NCBI GenBank assembly: GCA_963698085.1
Contig: OY969122.1
Coordinates: 2,241,472 to 2,305,471, forward strand
DNA length: 64,000 nt
DNA from: an uncultured Solirubrobacterales bacterium
GTDB lineage: Bacteria; Actinomycetota; Thermoleophilia; Solirubrobacterales; 70-9
Reading direction: 5' to 3'
Position 1 is the stretch's first letter, and every line of letters begins with the position of its first letter. The notes beneath the pieces were generated by a model. It made no database searches. It was not told the DNA's origin and saw only the letters and a list, made by a program, of their open reading frames with translations. This document shows positions 29,257-39,574 of the stretch, one piece after another. The position numbers were made by a program, and so were the translations under genes.

Positions 29257-29649
29257 GTTGCCGCGCTGGTAGGCCTCGCCGTTCTTGCCCTCGTCGCCGG
29301 CTGCGGCGACGAGGGCGGTCCCGCGGACTCCGGGACGTCCTCACCGGCTGCCGAGACGGTCACTCCCTCGCACTGCCCGTCCGGCCTACCCAGTTGCCGC
29401 ACGGCCGAGGGGCGGATCGTCTATGTCGAGCGGGTTGACCCCGATGGAGATGGCGATGCCCACTTCGTGATCGCCGACCCGCAGGGGATCACCCTGCGGG
29501 GATTGACGGCGATCGACGTTCGCAAGGGCCTGCGTCCCCGCCCGCTCCCTGGCCCAGGCGACCTGATCAGTGCCGCGGGCCCGGTGCAGGCCGGTTCCTA
29601 CGGCCAGAGTCAGATCCACGCGATAGAGCTACACGTCGCGGGCCGGTAG
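29257..29649 (+). CDS. putative lipoprotein with no canonical start codon
   Basis: The frame opens right after the adh TAA: EEGPVAALVGLAVLALVAGCGDEGG (lipobox LVAGC). Third-position GC is high. The first ATG/GTG/TTG in frame is GTG 29467, far downstream of the lipobox. CTG at 29266 is a possible start. Confidence 0.4.
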   Translation, partial: VAALVGLAVLALVAGCGDEGGPADSGTSSPAAETVTPSHCPSGLPSCRTAEGRIVYVERVDPDGDGDAHFVIADPQGITLRGLTAIDVRKGLRPRPLPGPGDLISAAGPVQAGSYGQSQIHAIELHVAGR

Positions 29650-29668
29650 GCCCCAGCTCCCCGACTGC

Positions 29669-29938
29669 TCAGCCGAGCAGCTCGTCGAGGCGCAGGGCGG
29701 CGCGGCTGGGGAGGACGACCTCGCCACTGCGGTGGACGAGGCCGGCGGCGGTGAGCTCGCGCACCGCTCGCTCGACCGCGTCCTTCAGCGCGAAGTCGCC
29801 GGCCTCGCCGGCGAACTCGCGAACTAGCTCGACCAGGGTCAGCTGGATCGGGTGCAGCGCCACCAGCTGCCGCAGGATCGCGGCCTCGAGCGCCGCGTCC
29901 TCGGTGCCCGGATCTCGGATTTCGTCCACGCTTCCCAT
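29669..29938 (-). CDS. small hypothetical protein (wHTH-like)
   Basis: 89 aa: ...LVALHPIQLTLVELVREF...AVRELTAAGLVHRSGEVVLPSRAAL. Confidence 0.55.
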   Translation of the reverse strand: MGSVDEIRDPGTEDAALEAAILRQLVALHPIQLTLVELVREFAGEAGDFALKDAVERAVRELTAAGLVHRSGEVVLPSRAALRLDELLG

Positions 29939-30000
29939 CGCCTGCTTCTACTAAGGGCGCCCGCTGCCGATCTCTCCCCCCTGATCGGGTCCGCCCCGCA

Positions 30001-30300
30001 CTACTCGTCCTCTTTGGCGAGCATCTCCCGGGCCCACTGCGCATCCGCCGACCAGCGGTAAAGGGGCGGCTTGGGGCGCCGTCTCGGAACCACCTTCAGC
30101 ACTCCGCGCCTGACAAGCACGCGCACGTGGTAGGCGACCCTGCCCGCTGGCTCCTCCAGCTGGGCGGCGAGCGCCGCCGTGCTGGCTTCCTCGCCATCGG
30201 AGAGGCGGCGGGCGATCCGTTGCCGCGACGGATGCAGCATTGTCGCGCGGCGATAGTGGTTCTCCCTGTCCTGCTCGTCGCCGACGCCAAACCCCGCCAT
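30001..30300 (-). CDS. ArsR-like winged-helix transcriptional regulator
   Basis: 99 aa: LHPSRQRIARRLSDGEEASTAALAAQLEEPAGRVAYHVRVLVRRGVL. Confidence 0.6.
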   Translation of the reverse strand: MAGFGVGDEQDRENHYRRATMLHPSRQRIARRLSDGEEASTAALAAQLEEPAGRVAYHVRVLVRRGVLKVVPRRRPKPPLYRWSADAQWAREMLAKEDE

Positions 30301-30367
30301 GCGGAGGAAATATAGAGAATACGAAGTGTTCTGTCTGATAGCCCTTCGTCTGAGCGTGCGGGCTTGC

Positions 30368-32260
30368 CTAGCTCTCCGTGCGAACCCCGCCCATTTCGCT
30401 GAAAACTGCGGTGGGTCCGCCGTCCACCCGTTGCTCGTCGGCGATCACATGGGAGACGGCGTTGATTAGGGCCAGGTGGGTAAACGCCTGCGGGAAGTTG
30501 CCGAGGTGACGGCCGCTCTGGGCCTCGAGCTCCTCGGCGTAGAGGTCGAGCCAGCCGGCGGCCTCGAGCAGCCGCTCGCAGAGCTTGCGCGCCCGCTCCG
30601 GCTCGCCGATCTCCGAGAGCGCCGATACCAGCCAGAAGGAGCAGATCAGGAAGGTGCCCTCCTCGCCGTGCAGGCCGTCGTCGGTCTCCTCGACCTTGTA
30701 GCGGAGGACGAGGCCGTGCTCGGTCAGCTCCTCGGCGATCGCGTTGACGGTCGCGCGGACCCGCGGATCGTCGGCAGGCAGGAAGCGCAGCAACGGGATC
30801 AGCAGGGTCGAGGCGTCGAGGGCATCGGTCTCGTAGTGCTGGCGGAAGATCCCGTCGCGGACGCCGCGCTCGAGGATCTCCGCGCGGATCTCGCTGGCGA
30901 TCGCCTCCCACTCCTCGGCGATCCCGTCGAAGCCGATGCTGCGGGCGAGGCGGGACCCGCGGTCAACCGCGACCCAGATCATCAGCTTCGATGAGACGTA
31001 GTGCTGCGGCTCGCCGCGCGCCTCCCAGATTCCTTGGTCGGGATGCGGCCAGGCCTCGATCGCCGCTTCGACCTGCTGGCGGATCAGCTGGCGATCGGCT
31101 GGGGTCCCGGTGCCTTTCAGCGCCTTTTCGTGCAGGTAGATCGAGTCGAGCAGCGCACCCCAGACATCGTTCTGGCGCTGGTCGAAGGCGCCGTTGCCGA
31201 TCCGCACCGGGCGCGCGCCGCCGTAGCCGTCGAGGTGGTCGAGCGTGCTCTCGGTCAAATCCTTCTCGCCGCCGATCCCGTACATGATCTGCAGGTTGGG
31301 GTCCTTGCGGCAGATGTTGACGATGAAGCGCATGAAGTCGCGCGCCTCCTGGTCGAAGCCGAGCGTATGCAGTGCCCAGAGGCTGAAGGTCGAGTCGCGG
31401 ATCCAGCTGAAGCGGTAGTCCCAGTTGCGCTCGCCGCCCGGGGTCTCCGGCAGCGAGGTGGTCGGCGCCGCGAGGATCGCCCCGGTCGGCGCGTAGGTGA
31501 GGCCCTTCAGTACCAGCGCCGAGCGCTGCAGGTGGATACGCCACGGGTGATCGGGGAAGTTGCCGTCGCGTAGCCATTTGCGCCAGAAGTCTTCGGTCGA
31601 GTCGAGCCGCTCGAGCGCCTCCGGAGCGCTGCGCGGCCCGCCCAGATCGCCATCTCCCCAGGTCACCGCGCAAAAAGCGGTCTCGTTTTCGCGCAGCTTG
31701 ACCGTGCCGCGAGCTGTTCCCCCTTCCAGCGATAGCTCCATGTCGCTGGTCAGCTGCAGCTCGACCCCGCCACCGCGAGCGCTCGCCTCGCCGAGCTCGC
31801 CGCCGCTCCAGCTCGCCGCCTCGGCGCCGTAGGCGAAGCGCGGCATACACTCCATCTCGATCTCCACCTCGCCGTCGATGCAGGTCATCGTCCGCAGCAG
31901 CGAGTGGTCGGACTCGTGCTCGGTTTGCGGCCGCGAGCCCGGGCCTTCCTGCTCGACCCAGTCGCCGATCGTTAGCGCATCGTGGATCACGACCCAGCCG
32001 GTGTCGGTGACCCAGGTCGTCTCGGTCACCAGCGTCCCAGGCACGTAGCGGCGGCTGATCGGCACGACGACGCCGCGCGGCCCCAGCCTGAAGTGGCCGG
32101 CGCCGCGGTCGAGGATGGCGCCGAAGGCGCTCGGCGAGTCGAAGCGGGGAAGGCAGAGCCACTCGACCGAGCCGTCGTAAGAGACGAGGGCGCTGGTGTG
32201 GCAGTCGGAGAGGAAGCCGTAGCTACCGATCGGCGGGAAGCGGTGGTCGGCGGCGCTCAC
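30368..32260 (-). CDS. glycoside hydrolase family 15 protein (glucoamylase/trehalase-type)
   Basis: IGSYGFLSDCHTSALVSYDGSVEWLCLPRFDSPSAFGAILD N-terminus and a 630-aa length are typical of bacterial GH15. Confidence 0.88.
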   Translation of the reverse strand: MSAADHRFPPIGSYGFLSDCHTSALVSYDGSVEWLCLPRFDSPSAFGAILDRGAGHFRLGPRGVVVPISRRYVPGTLVTETTWVTDTGWVVIHDALTIGDWVEQEGPGSRPQTEHESDHSLLRTMTCIDGEVEIEMECMPRFAYGAEAASWSGGELGEASARGGGVELQLTSDMELSLEGGTARGTVKLRENETAFCAVTWGDGDLGGPRSAPEALERLDSTEDFWRKWLRDGNFPDHPWRIHLQRSALVLKGLTYAPTGAILAAPTTSLPETPGGERNWDYRFSWIRDSTFSLWALHTLGFDQEARDFMRFIVNICRKDPNLQIMYGIGGEKDLTESTLDHLDGYGGARPVRIGNGAFDQRQNDVWGALLDSIYLHEKALKGTGTPADRQLIRQQVEAAIEAWPHPDQGIWEARGEPQHYVSSKLMIWVAVDRGSRLARSIGFDGIAEEWEAIASEIRAEILERGVRDGIFRQHYETDALDASTLLIPLLRFLPADDPRVRATVNAIAEELTEHGLVLRYKVEETDDGLHGEEGTFLICSFWLVSALSEIGEPERARKLCERLLEAAGWLDLYAEELEAQSGRHLGNFPQAFTHLALINAVSHVIADEQRVDGGPTAVFSEMGGVRTES

Positions 32261-32298
32261 GGCTCGCTCAAGCTACCACCGGGCTACGCTGGCTCTCC

Positions 32299-33213
32299 GT
32301 GACAATTCCGATCGCTCACGTGGCCGGCACCTTCGTGCCGCTCGAGGTCTTCCCGATCACGATCGCCGCCATCCTCTACTGGCATCGGGCAATGGTCCTC
32401 TCCTGGGACGGTCGCCCGGTGCCGCTCTGGCGCCAGCTCTGTTTTGGCAGCGGCCTGCTGCTGATCGCGGTCGCCCTCTTCAGCCCGATCGGCCACATCT
32501 CCGAGGAGCTCGTGCTCGCTCATATGGGCGAGCACCTGCTGATCGGCGACCTCGCCTCGCTGCTTTTGGTCCTCGGCCTGACCAAATCGTTATTGCAGCC
32601 GATCCTGGCGATCCGCTTCTTCAACCGCCTCCAGGTCCTCGCCCACCCGCTGGTCGCCTTCCCTCTCTGGGCGGTGAACCTCTTCTTCTGGCACATCCCG
32701 GCCCTCTACCAGGACGCCTACGGAACGGCGCCGATCCACGCGCTCGAGCATGCGTCCTTCCTCTTCTTCGGCTGCCTGATGTGGATGGCCGTTTTCGGAC
32801 CGCTGCCGAAGCCGCAGTGGTTCAACGCCGGCTGGAAGGTCGGCTACGTGATCGCCGTGCGCTTCACCGGCGCGATCCTCGGCAACGTGCTGATGTGGTC
32901 GGGGACGGTGCTCTACCCGATCTACGCTCCGGGCGAGCGCTACTGGGGAATCTCGGCACTGGCCGACCAGAGCACGGCGGGCGTGATCATGATGATCGAG
33001 GGCACCTTCCTCGCGCTCGGCGTGCTCGCCTGGGTCTTCTTCGAGGTCGCCCGCGAAGGGACCGAAAAGCAGAACCTGCTCGACCTCGCCCGCGAGCGTG
33101 GGGTGGAGCTGGACGAGCAGCGTGCCCAGCGCGCCGTAGCCGCCGGCCACGGCGCGCTGCTCGAGGAACGCCTAACCGCCACTGGCGATGAGCGCGAGCC
33201 CGACCGCGTCTGA
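32299..33213 (+). CDS. ctaG: cytochrome c oxidase assembly protein (CtaG/Caa3_CtaG family)
   Basis: Polytopic, with HMGEHLLIGDLASLLLVLG and ALEHASFLFFGCLMW motifs. Confidence 0.82.
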   Translation: MTIPIAHVAGTFVPLEVFPITIAAILYWHRAMVLSWDGRPVPLWRQLCFGSGLLLIAVALFSPIGHISEELVLAHMGEHLLIGDLASLLLVLGLTKSLLQPILAIRFFNRLQVLAHPLVAFPLWAVNLFFWHIPALYQDAYGTAPIHALEHASFLFFGCLMWMAVFGPLPKPQWFNAGWKVGYVIAVRFTGAILGNVLMWSGTVLYPIYAPGERYWGISALADQSTAGVIMMIEGTFLALGVLAWVFFEVAREGTEKQNLLDLARERGVELDEQRAQRAVAAGHGALLEERLTATGDEREPDRV

Positions 33214-34750
33214 GCAGCGGCAGGACGTGCCGGTGGAACGAGGTCCATATGGACCTCGTTCCACCGGCACGTGGCTACTGCCGGCGCTGGTTTTCGTCGT
33301 CGGCGCCGCCAGCCTCGGCGCCGAGATCGCCGCAGCGCGGCTGCTGGCGCCCTACTTCGGCGCCTCGACGATCGTCTGGGCGAACACGATCGGCGTCGTC
33401 CTGGTCGCGCTCTCAGTCGGCTACTGGCTCGGCGGCCGCTACGCTGACCGCCATCCCCATCTGCGCGGCCTCTGTCTCCTCGTCTTCGCCGCCTCGGTGC
33501 TGATCGCCGCGGTCCCCTTCGCCGCCAGGCCCTTCCTCGGCTTCTCCGTCGACGCCTTCGACACGGTCTCGGTCGGTGGCTTTGCCGGCTCGCTGTTCGG
33601 GGTGCTGGTGCTGGTCGCGGTACCGGTCACCCTGCTTGGCGCCGCCTCGCCGTGGGCCGTCCGCCTGGCGGTCCAAGACCGCGAGCACTCGGGTGAGGTG
33701 GTGGGAAGGCTCTACGCGATCTCGACCGCCGGCTCCCTGTGCGGGACGATGTTCGCCGCCCTGCTGCTGATCCCGCTGCTGGGGACGCAGCGCACCTTCC
33801 TCGTCTTCGCCACCGCCCTGGCTCTGGTCTCCGCCATCGGCCTCGGCTGGCGCTTTGCGGCACTACCGGCGGTCCTGGCCCTGGCGATCGCGGCGCCCGT
33901 GGGGACGATCAAAGCGGCCGACACCGGCACCGTGCTCTTTGAGGCGGAGACGACCCACCAGTACGCGCGCGTGGTCGAACGGCCCGACGGCTCGCGGGTG
34001 CTGGAGCTGAACGAGGGCCAGGCGGTCCACTCGCTCTACCGGCCGGGGACCTACCTGACCGGTGACTACTGGGATGGGCACCTCTACCTGCCGTTCGCGG
34101 CGCGGCCGGCGCCGCCACGGCGGATCGCGATCCTCGGCAACGCCGGCGGCACCGTGGCCCGCGCCTTCGGCCACTTTTTCCCCCGCACCGCGGTCGACGC
34201 GGTCGAGATCGACGGTGAGCTGACCGAGCTCGGCCGCCGCTACCTCGACCTGCGCAACCCGCGCATGCAGACCTTCGCCGAGGACGCCCGCCCTTGGTTG
34301 GAGCGCTCGGCGGGCGACTACGACGCGATCATGGTCGACGCCTACCGCCAGCCCTACATCCCCTTCTACCTCACCACCCGCGAGTTTTTCGAGCTGACCC
34401 GCGAACGCCTCGCCCCGGGCGGTGTCGTGATCGTCAACGTCGGCCACCCCGAGGGCAGCGAGGAGCTCGAGCAGGTGCTGGGACGGACGATGGCCTCCGC
34501 CTTCCCACATGTCCTCCGCGACCCGATAGAGCCGACCAACACGTTGCTGGTGGCGGCGGAGGGGCCGCTATCACCGGCGCGCCTGCGGCGCGCCGCCCCT
34601 GCCCTGCCGTTACTACTGCGAGCCCCAGCCCGCGAAGCAGCCTCACGGCTCGCCGCTCATCTCCCCGGCGGCGAGGTTTACACCGACGACCGCGCCCCAG
34701 TCGAGTGGCTAGTCGATTCCTCCCTGCTGGAATACGCCAATGGCGACTAG
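33188..34750 (+). CDS. fused MFS-like membrane domain / spermidine synthase family protein
   Basis: N-terminal TM helices, then IAILGNAGGTVARAF...VDAVEIDGEL...DAIMVDAYRQPYIPFYLTTREFF...GGVVIVNV. The start is uncertain because of the palindrome at 33225-33272. Confidence 0.82.
   Translation: MSASPTASEQRQDVPVERGPYGPRSTGTWLLPALVFVVGAASLGAEIAAARLLAPYFGASTIVWANTIGVVLVALSVGYWLGGRYADRHPHLRGLCLLVFAASVLIAAVPFAARPFLGFSVDAFDTVSVGGFAGSLFGVLVLVAVPVTLLGAASPWAVRLAVQDREHSGEVVGRLYAISTAGSLCGTMFAALLLIPLLGTQRTFLVFATALALVSAIGLGWRFAALPAVLALAIAAPVGTIKAADTGTVLFEAETTHQYARVVERPDGSRVLELNEGQAVHSLYRPGTYLTGDYWDGHLYLPFAARPAPPRRIAILGNAGGTVARAFGHFFPRTAVDAVEIDGELTELGRRYLDLRNPRMQTFAEDARPWLERSAGDYDAIMVDAYRQPYIPFYLTTREFFELTRERLAPGGVVIVNVGHPEGSEELEQVLGRTMASAFPHVLRDPIEPTNTLLVAAEGPLSPARLRRAAPALPLLLRAPAREAASRLAAHLPGGEVYTDDRAPVEWLVDSSLLEYANGD
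33225..33272. repeat. perfect 48-bp palindrome (24+24, no spacer)
   Basis: acgtgccggtggaacgaggtccat|atggacctcgttccaccggcacgt, checked base by base. It makes both strands encode MDLVPPAR (track ORFs 32940..33248 - and 33249..33503 +). Confidence 0.95.
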
Positions 34751-34866
34751 AGCAAGGGCGTGGTTGGTAACCGGGCCGCTTGGCCGTGGGCTGGCCTTCG
34801 CGATCGACTTCGCGGTGGCGGTGCGGCGCGGGCTGCTGCGCCGCGCGCGATAGGGTCCCGCGCTCG

Positions 34867-36255
34867 ATGCAGCCCACCGTCTCAGAGCTTCCCGGCTCTC
34901 GCGTCAGCGTCGAGGTCGAGGTCCCGGCAGCCGACGTCGATCGCGCGGTCAGCCGGGCCGCCCGCGCCCTGGCGCGGGAGATGCGGATGCCCGGCTTCCG
35001 CAAGGGCAAGGCGCCGGCATCGCTGGTGATCCAGCGGGTCGGTTTCGCCGCCGTGCTCGAGGAGGCGATTCGCGAGGCGCTGCCCGAGTGGTACGAACGC
35101 GCCCTGCTCGGTTCCGGTATCGCGCCCGTCGGCGACCCCAAAGTCGAGGTCGTCTCGACTCCGGAGGCCGAGGGTGAGCCGCTCGCCTTCAAGTTCGAGA
35201 TCGGCGTCCGGCCCGAGGCCGAGCTCGGCGATTACAAGGGCCTCGAGGTGGGCAAAGCCGAGCCCGAGCCGCCGGCTGAAATGGTCGACCGTGAGATCGA
35301 GCGGCTCCGCGAGGGTTTCACCAAACTGGAACCGGTCGATCGCGCCGCCGCCGAGGGCGACGTGCTGCTGGTCGACTTCGAGGGCCTGCTCGACGGCAAA
35401 GCGTTCGAGGGCGGCAAGGCAAGCGATTACCTGCTCGAGCTCGGCGGCGGCCAGCTGATCGAGGGCTTTGAGGAGCAGCTCGCCAGCGCGACCGCCGGCG
35501 AGACCCGCAAGGTCGAGGTCACCTTCCCCGAGGACTACCAGGCTGAGCAGCTGGCGGGCGAAGATGCGGTCTTCACGGTTGAGGTGAAAGAGGTTCGCGA
35601 AAAGGTACTGCCCGAGCTGAACGACGACTTCGCCTCCGAGGCCTCCGAGTTCGACACGCTCGACGAGCTGCGCGACGACATCGCCAAGCGCCTCGCGGAG
35701 GCGGTCGGCCAGCGAGCCGAGCAGGACTTCCGCATCGCCGCGGTCGACGCCGCGGCCGCCGCCGCCAAGCTGGACCTGCCAGGGGAGCTCGCCACCGCCC
35801 GCGCCGGCGAGCGCTGGGAGCGGGTCGAACGCCAGCTCGCCGGCCAGGGCATGAGCCCGGACGCCTATCTGCAGATGCAGGGCAAAACCCGCGATCAGGT
35901 AATCGAGGAGTCGGTCCCGGAGGCCGAAGCGGAGCTGAAGCGCGAGGCGGTGCTGGCGGCGATTGCCGACGCTGAGGGGATCGAGGTCTCCGAGGAGGAG
36001 ATGGTCGAGGCGCTCGCCCATCCCGCCGAACACGAGCGCACGACGCCGGAGAAGCTGCTGAAGCGCTTGCGAGAGAGTGGCCGCGACGCGATGATCCGCG
36101 ACGACATCCGTTTCCGCAAGGCGATCGACCTCGTCGCCGAGTCGGCGAAGCCGATCCCGATCGAGCAGGCCGAGGCGCGCGCGCAGATCTGGACCCCGGA
36201 GAAGGAGCGCAAAGAGGCAGGCTCGCTCTGGACTCCAGGAGACGACAACTCTTAG
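34867..36255 (+). CDS. tig: trigger factor
   Basis: [25 protein letters not shown]...[10 protein letters not shown] signature, upstream of clpP. Confidence 0.93.
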   Translation: MQPTVSELPGSRVSVEVEVPAADVDRAVSRAARALAREMRMPGFRKGKAPASLVIQRVGFAAVLEEAIREALPEWYERALLGSGIAPVGDPKVEVVSTPEAEGEPLAFKFEIGVRPEAELGDYKGLEVGKAEPEPPAEMVDREIERLREGFTKLEPVDRAAAEGDVLLVDFEGLLDGKAFEGGKASDYLLELGGGQLIEGFEEQLASATAGETRKVEVTFPEDYQAEQLAGEDAVFTVEVKEVREKVLPELNDDFASEASEFDTLDELRDDIAKRLAEAVGQRAEQDFRIAAVDAAAAAAKLDLPGELATARAGERWERVERQLAGQGMSPDAYLQMQGKTRDQVIEESVPEAEAELKREAVLAAIADAEGIEVSEEEMVEALAHPAEHERTTPEKLLKRLRESGRDAMIRDDIRFRKAIDLVAESAKPIPIEQAEARAQIWTPEKERKEAGSLWTPGDDNS

Positions 36256-36320
36256 GCGAAGCTTGCAGCCTCGGCCGACTGAGATCCGCTCCCGGAAGTC
36301 CGCCAGCACCCTTCTATAGA

Positions 36321-36914
36321 GTGCCGGCCATGAGTCCTTTGGTCCCGATGGTGGTCGAGCAGACCTCGCGCGGTGAGCGCTCCTTCGACATCTACTCGCG
36401 CCTGCTGAACGAGCGCATCATCTTCCTCGGCACGCAGGTGAACCAGGACATCGCGAACCTGATCGTGGCCCAGCTGCTGCACCTCGAGTCCGAGGACCCG
36501 GACAAGGACATCAGCATCTACGTCAACTCGCCCGGTGGTGACGTCTACGCCGGTCTGGCGATCTACGACACGATGCAGTTCATCAAGCCGGACGTGCAGA
36601 CGATCTGCTGCGGCATCGCGATGAGCATGGGGGCACTGCTGCTTGCCGGCGGCGCGGCGGGCAAGCGGATGGCGCTGCCCAACTCGAAGATCCTCATCCA
36701 CCAAGTCTCCGCTGGCTTCCAGGGCCAGGCGACCGACATCGAGATCCACGCCAAAGAGATCATCGACACCCGCCGTCGCCTCGACGAGATCATCGCCAAG
36801 CACACGAACCAGCCCTTCGAGAAGGTGACGAACGACACCGATCGCGATTACTTCATGAGCGCGGAGGAGGCGAAGGAGTACAACATCGTTGACCGCGTCA
36901 TCGAACACCACTAA
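36321..36914 (+). CDS. clpP: ATP-dependent Clp protease proteolytic subunit
   Basis: [21 protein letters not shown], catalytic GIAMSMGA, and ILIHQ. An alternative start is ATG 36330. Confidence 0.96.
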   Translation: MPAMSPLVPMVVEQTSRGERSFDIYSRLLNERIIFLGTQVNQDIANLIVAQLLHLESEDPDKDISIYVNSPGGDVYAGLAIYDTMQFIKPDVQTICCGIAMSMGALLLAGGAAGKRMALPNSKILIHQVSAGFQGQATDIEIHAKEIIDTRRRLDEIIAKHTNQPFEKVTNDTDRDYFMSAEEAKEYNIVDRVIEHH

Positions 36915-37007
36915 AGCGCCCGCTCTCAACCGCTGGGACCGCTACAGCTGAATCGACAGGGCTCCGCGGGCGTTTGGCGCGGATTCGGTGACTAACTCGG
37001 CCCTAAA

Positions 37008-37484
37008 TTGACTCAGACTGCGCGCCACTTACGCGTTTGCACCTGCCACAATCCGGACATGCTCCGGAAGGGATTGTCTGCACGGCTCGAGCGCCATGTT
37101 GAGCATGGCGAGGAGTTGATGGAACTCAACCGAACCGCGTTCGAGCGGAACCGGATTGCCTTCGAACGCAACGGGGCCGCTTTCGAGCGCAACACCCAGG
37201 CCTTCGAGCGGATGATGGCTTCATTCGATCGCTTCGAGAAGACGACCGAGCAGCAGCAGGTCTTCATGCGCGACATGAATCGGCGCAACGAGATCGTCGT
37301 GCAGAAGATGATCGCCGACCACGAGAGGTTTATGGCGAAGCTGATGGAGCGCGATGAGGGGGCGGACCGGAAAGCGGAACAGCTAATGGCCGACTTGAAG
37401 GACCTTCGGGAGGAGTCAAGGGCACAGCGGGGCGCGCTTCTTGCGCTCATCGATCGGTTGCCGCCGCCGGCCCAGGCGGCCTGA
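37008..37484 (+). CDS. coiled-coil hypothetical protein with heptad AFERN repeats
   Basis: NRTAFER NRIAFER NGAAFER NTQAFER MMASFDR, then a charged helical tail. One 60-nt line in this gene is 35/60 G+C. A more likely start is ATG 37059. Confidence 0.55.
   Translation: MTQTARHLRVCTCHNPDMLRKGLSARLERHVEHGEELMELNRTAFERNRIAFERNGAAFERNTQAFERMMASFDRFEKTTEQQQVFMRDMNRRNEIVVQKMIADHERFMAKLMERDEGADRKAEQLMADLKDLREESRAQRGALLALIDRLPPPAQAA
37128..37232 (+). repeat. 5 x 21-bp in-frame tandem repeat
   Basis: aaccgaaccgcgttcgagcgg / aaccggattgccttcgaacgc / aacggggccgctttcgagcgc / aacacccaggccttcgagcgg / atgatggcttcattcgatcgc. Confidence 0.8.
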
Positions 37485-37497
37485 TCGACCAAGCCGA

Positions 37498-37968
37498 CTA
37501 CTCGGCCGCCGAATCGAGAAGCAGCTCGTACTCGACCCACTCGCTGCGCTCGGCGCCGGTCGCGTCGTAGAGGCGCTGCGCGGGCTTGTTGTCAGGCGCA
37601 GTTGCCCACTCCAGGTGGTGGGCACCGCGCTTTCGGGCGACTCGCGCGCTGGCCTCGATCAGGGCCCGGCCCACGCCCCCGCCGCGCCGATCCTCGGCAA
37701 CGAAGAGGTCGTTCATCAGCACCGTCTCGGCCGGGACCAGCGAGGTGAAGTGCCAGTAGAGGCAGGCGTAGCCGATCAGCTCCTCGCCGCGCCAGGCGCC
37801 GAGCAGCATCCCGTCCTCGCTGGGTGCGATGAAGCGAGAGAAGAAAGCGCGGTTGCTTTCGTCGTCGACGTCCTCGACGTTGTAGAAATGCTGGTAGGCG
37901 GCGATCAGCGGCAGCAGCAGCTCCATTTGGGGCTGGGCGATCGGCTCGACGCGGACCTCGCTTGGCAT
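37498..37968 (-). CDS. GNAT family N-acetyltransferase
   Basis: ATG 37968 gives MPSEVRVEPIAQ.... The acetyl-CoA motif is LFVAEDRRGGGVGRALIEA. The track ORF extends spuriously to 38142. Confidence 0.85.
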   Translation of the reverse strand: MPSEVRVEPIAQPQMELLLPLIAAYQHFYNVEDVDDESNRAFFSRFIAPSEDGMLLGAWRGEELIGYACLYWHFTSLVPAETVLMNDLFVAEDRRGGGVGRALIEASARVARKRGAHHLEWATAPDNKPAQRLYDATGAERSEWVEYELLLDSAAE

Positions 37969-38135
37969 CGCCGCCACCGTAGCGCGCCGGGCGCAAGGCT
38001 TTGCCCGCGAGAAGGGACCGCCGCCGCCCCGCCGTAAACGACGGGACACCGACAGGGCCGGGTTGCATCCCCCTCTAAGCTTGGGACGCGACGCCGGTAG
38101 GCAACTACCGTCCCCGCAAGGAGGAACTTTCCGCT

Positions 38136-39431
<1,296 letters not shown>

Positions 39432-39436
39432 GGCTG

Positions 39437-39546
39437 TGGGAGGGACGGGGTGCCCCTCCCATGGAGACCGTTGCGCAGCTGATCGCAGGCGAGGGTTCTC
39501 GCGTGGTTCCTGAGCCTCCCTGGGAGGGGCACCCCGTCCCTCTCCC
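39437..39546. repeat. hairpin element C, termini related to repeats A and B
   Basis: Arms gagggacggggtgcccctccca (left) and tgggaggggcaccccgtccctc (right) are perfect 22-nt complements. The interior is unrelated to A and B. It starts 5 nt after the clpX stop. Confidence 0.75.
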
Positions 39547-39574
39547 GACCGCGGCAGCTATCTAGACTCGCCGC

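Noticed and set aside
37498-37968. The GNAT as a TacT/AtaT-type toxin of a toxin-antitoxin pair.
   Set aside because: There is no upstream RHH/DUF1778-type antitoxin ORF on its strand (the 167 nt before it are non-coding), and the neighbouring coiled-coil gene is convergent.
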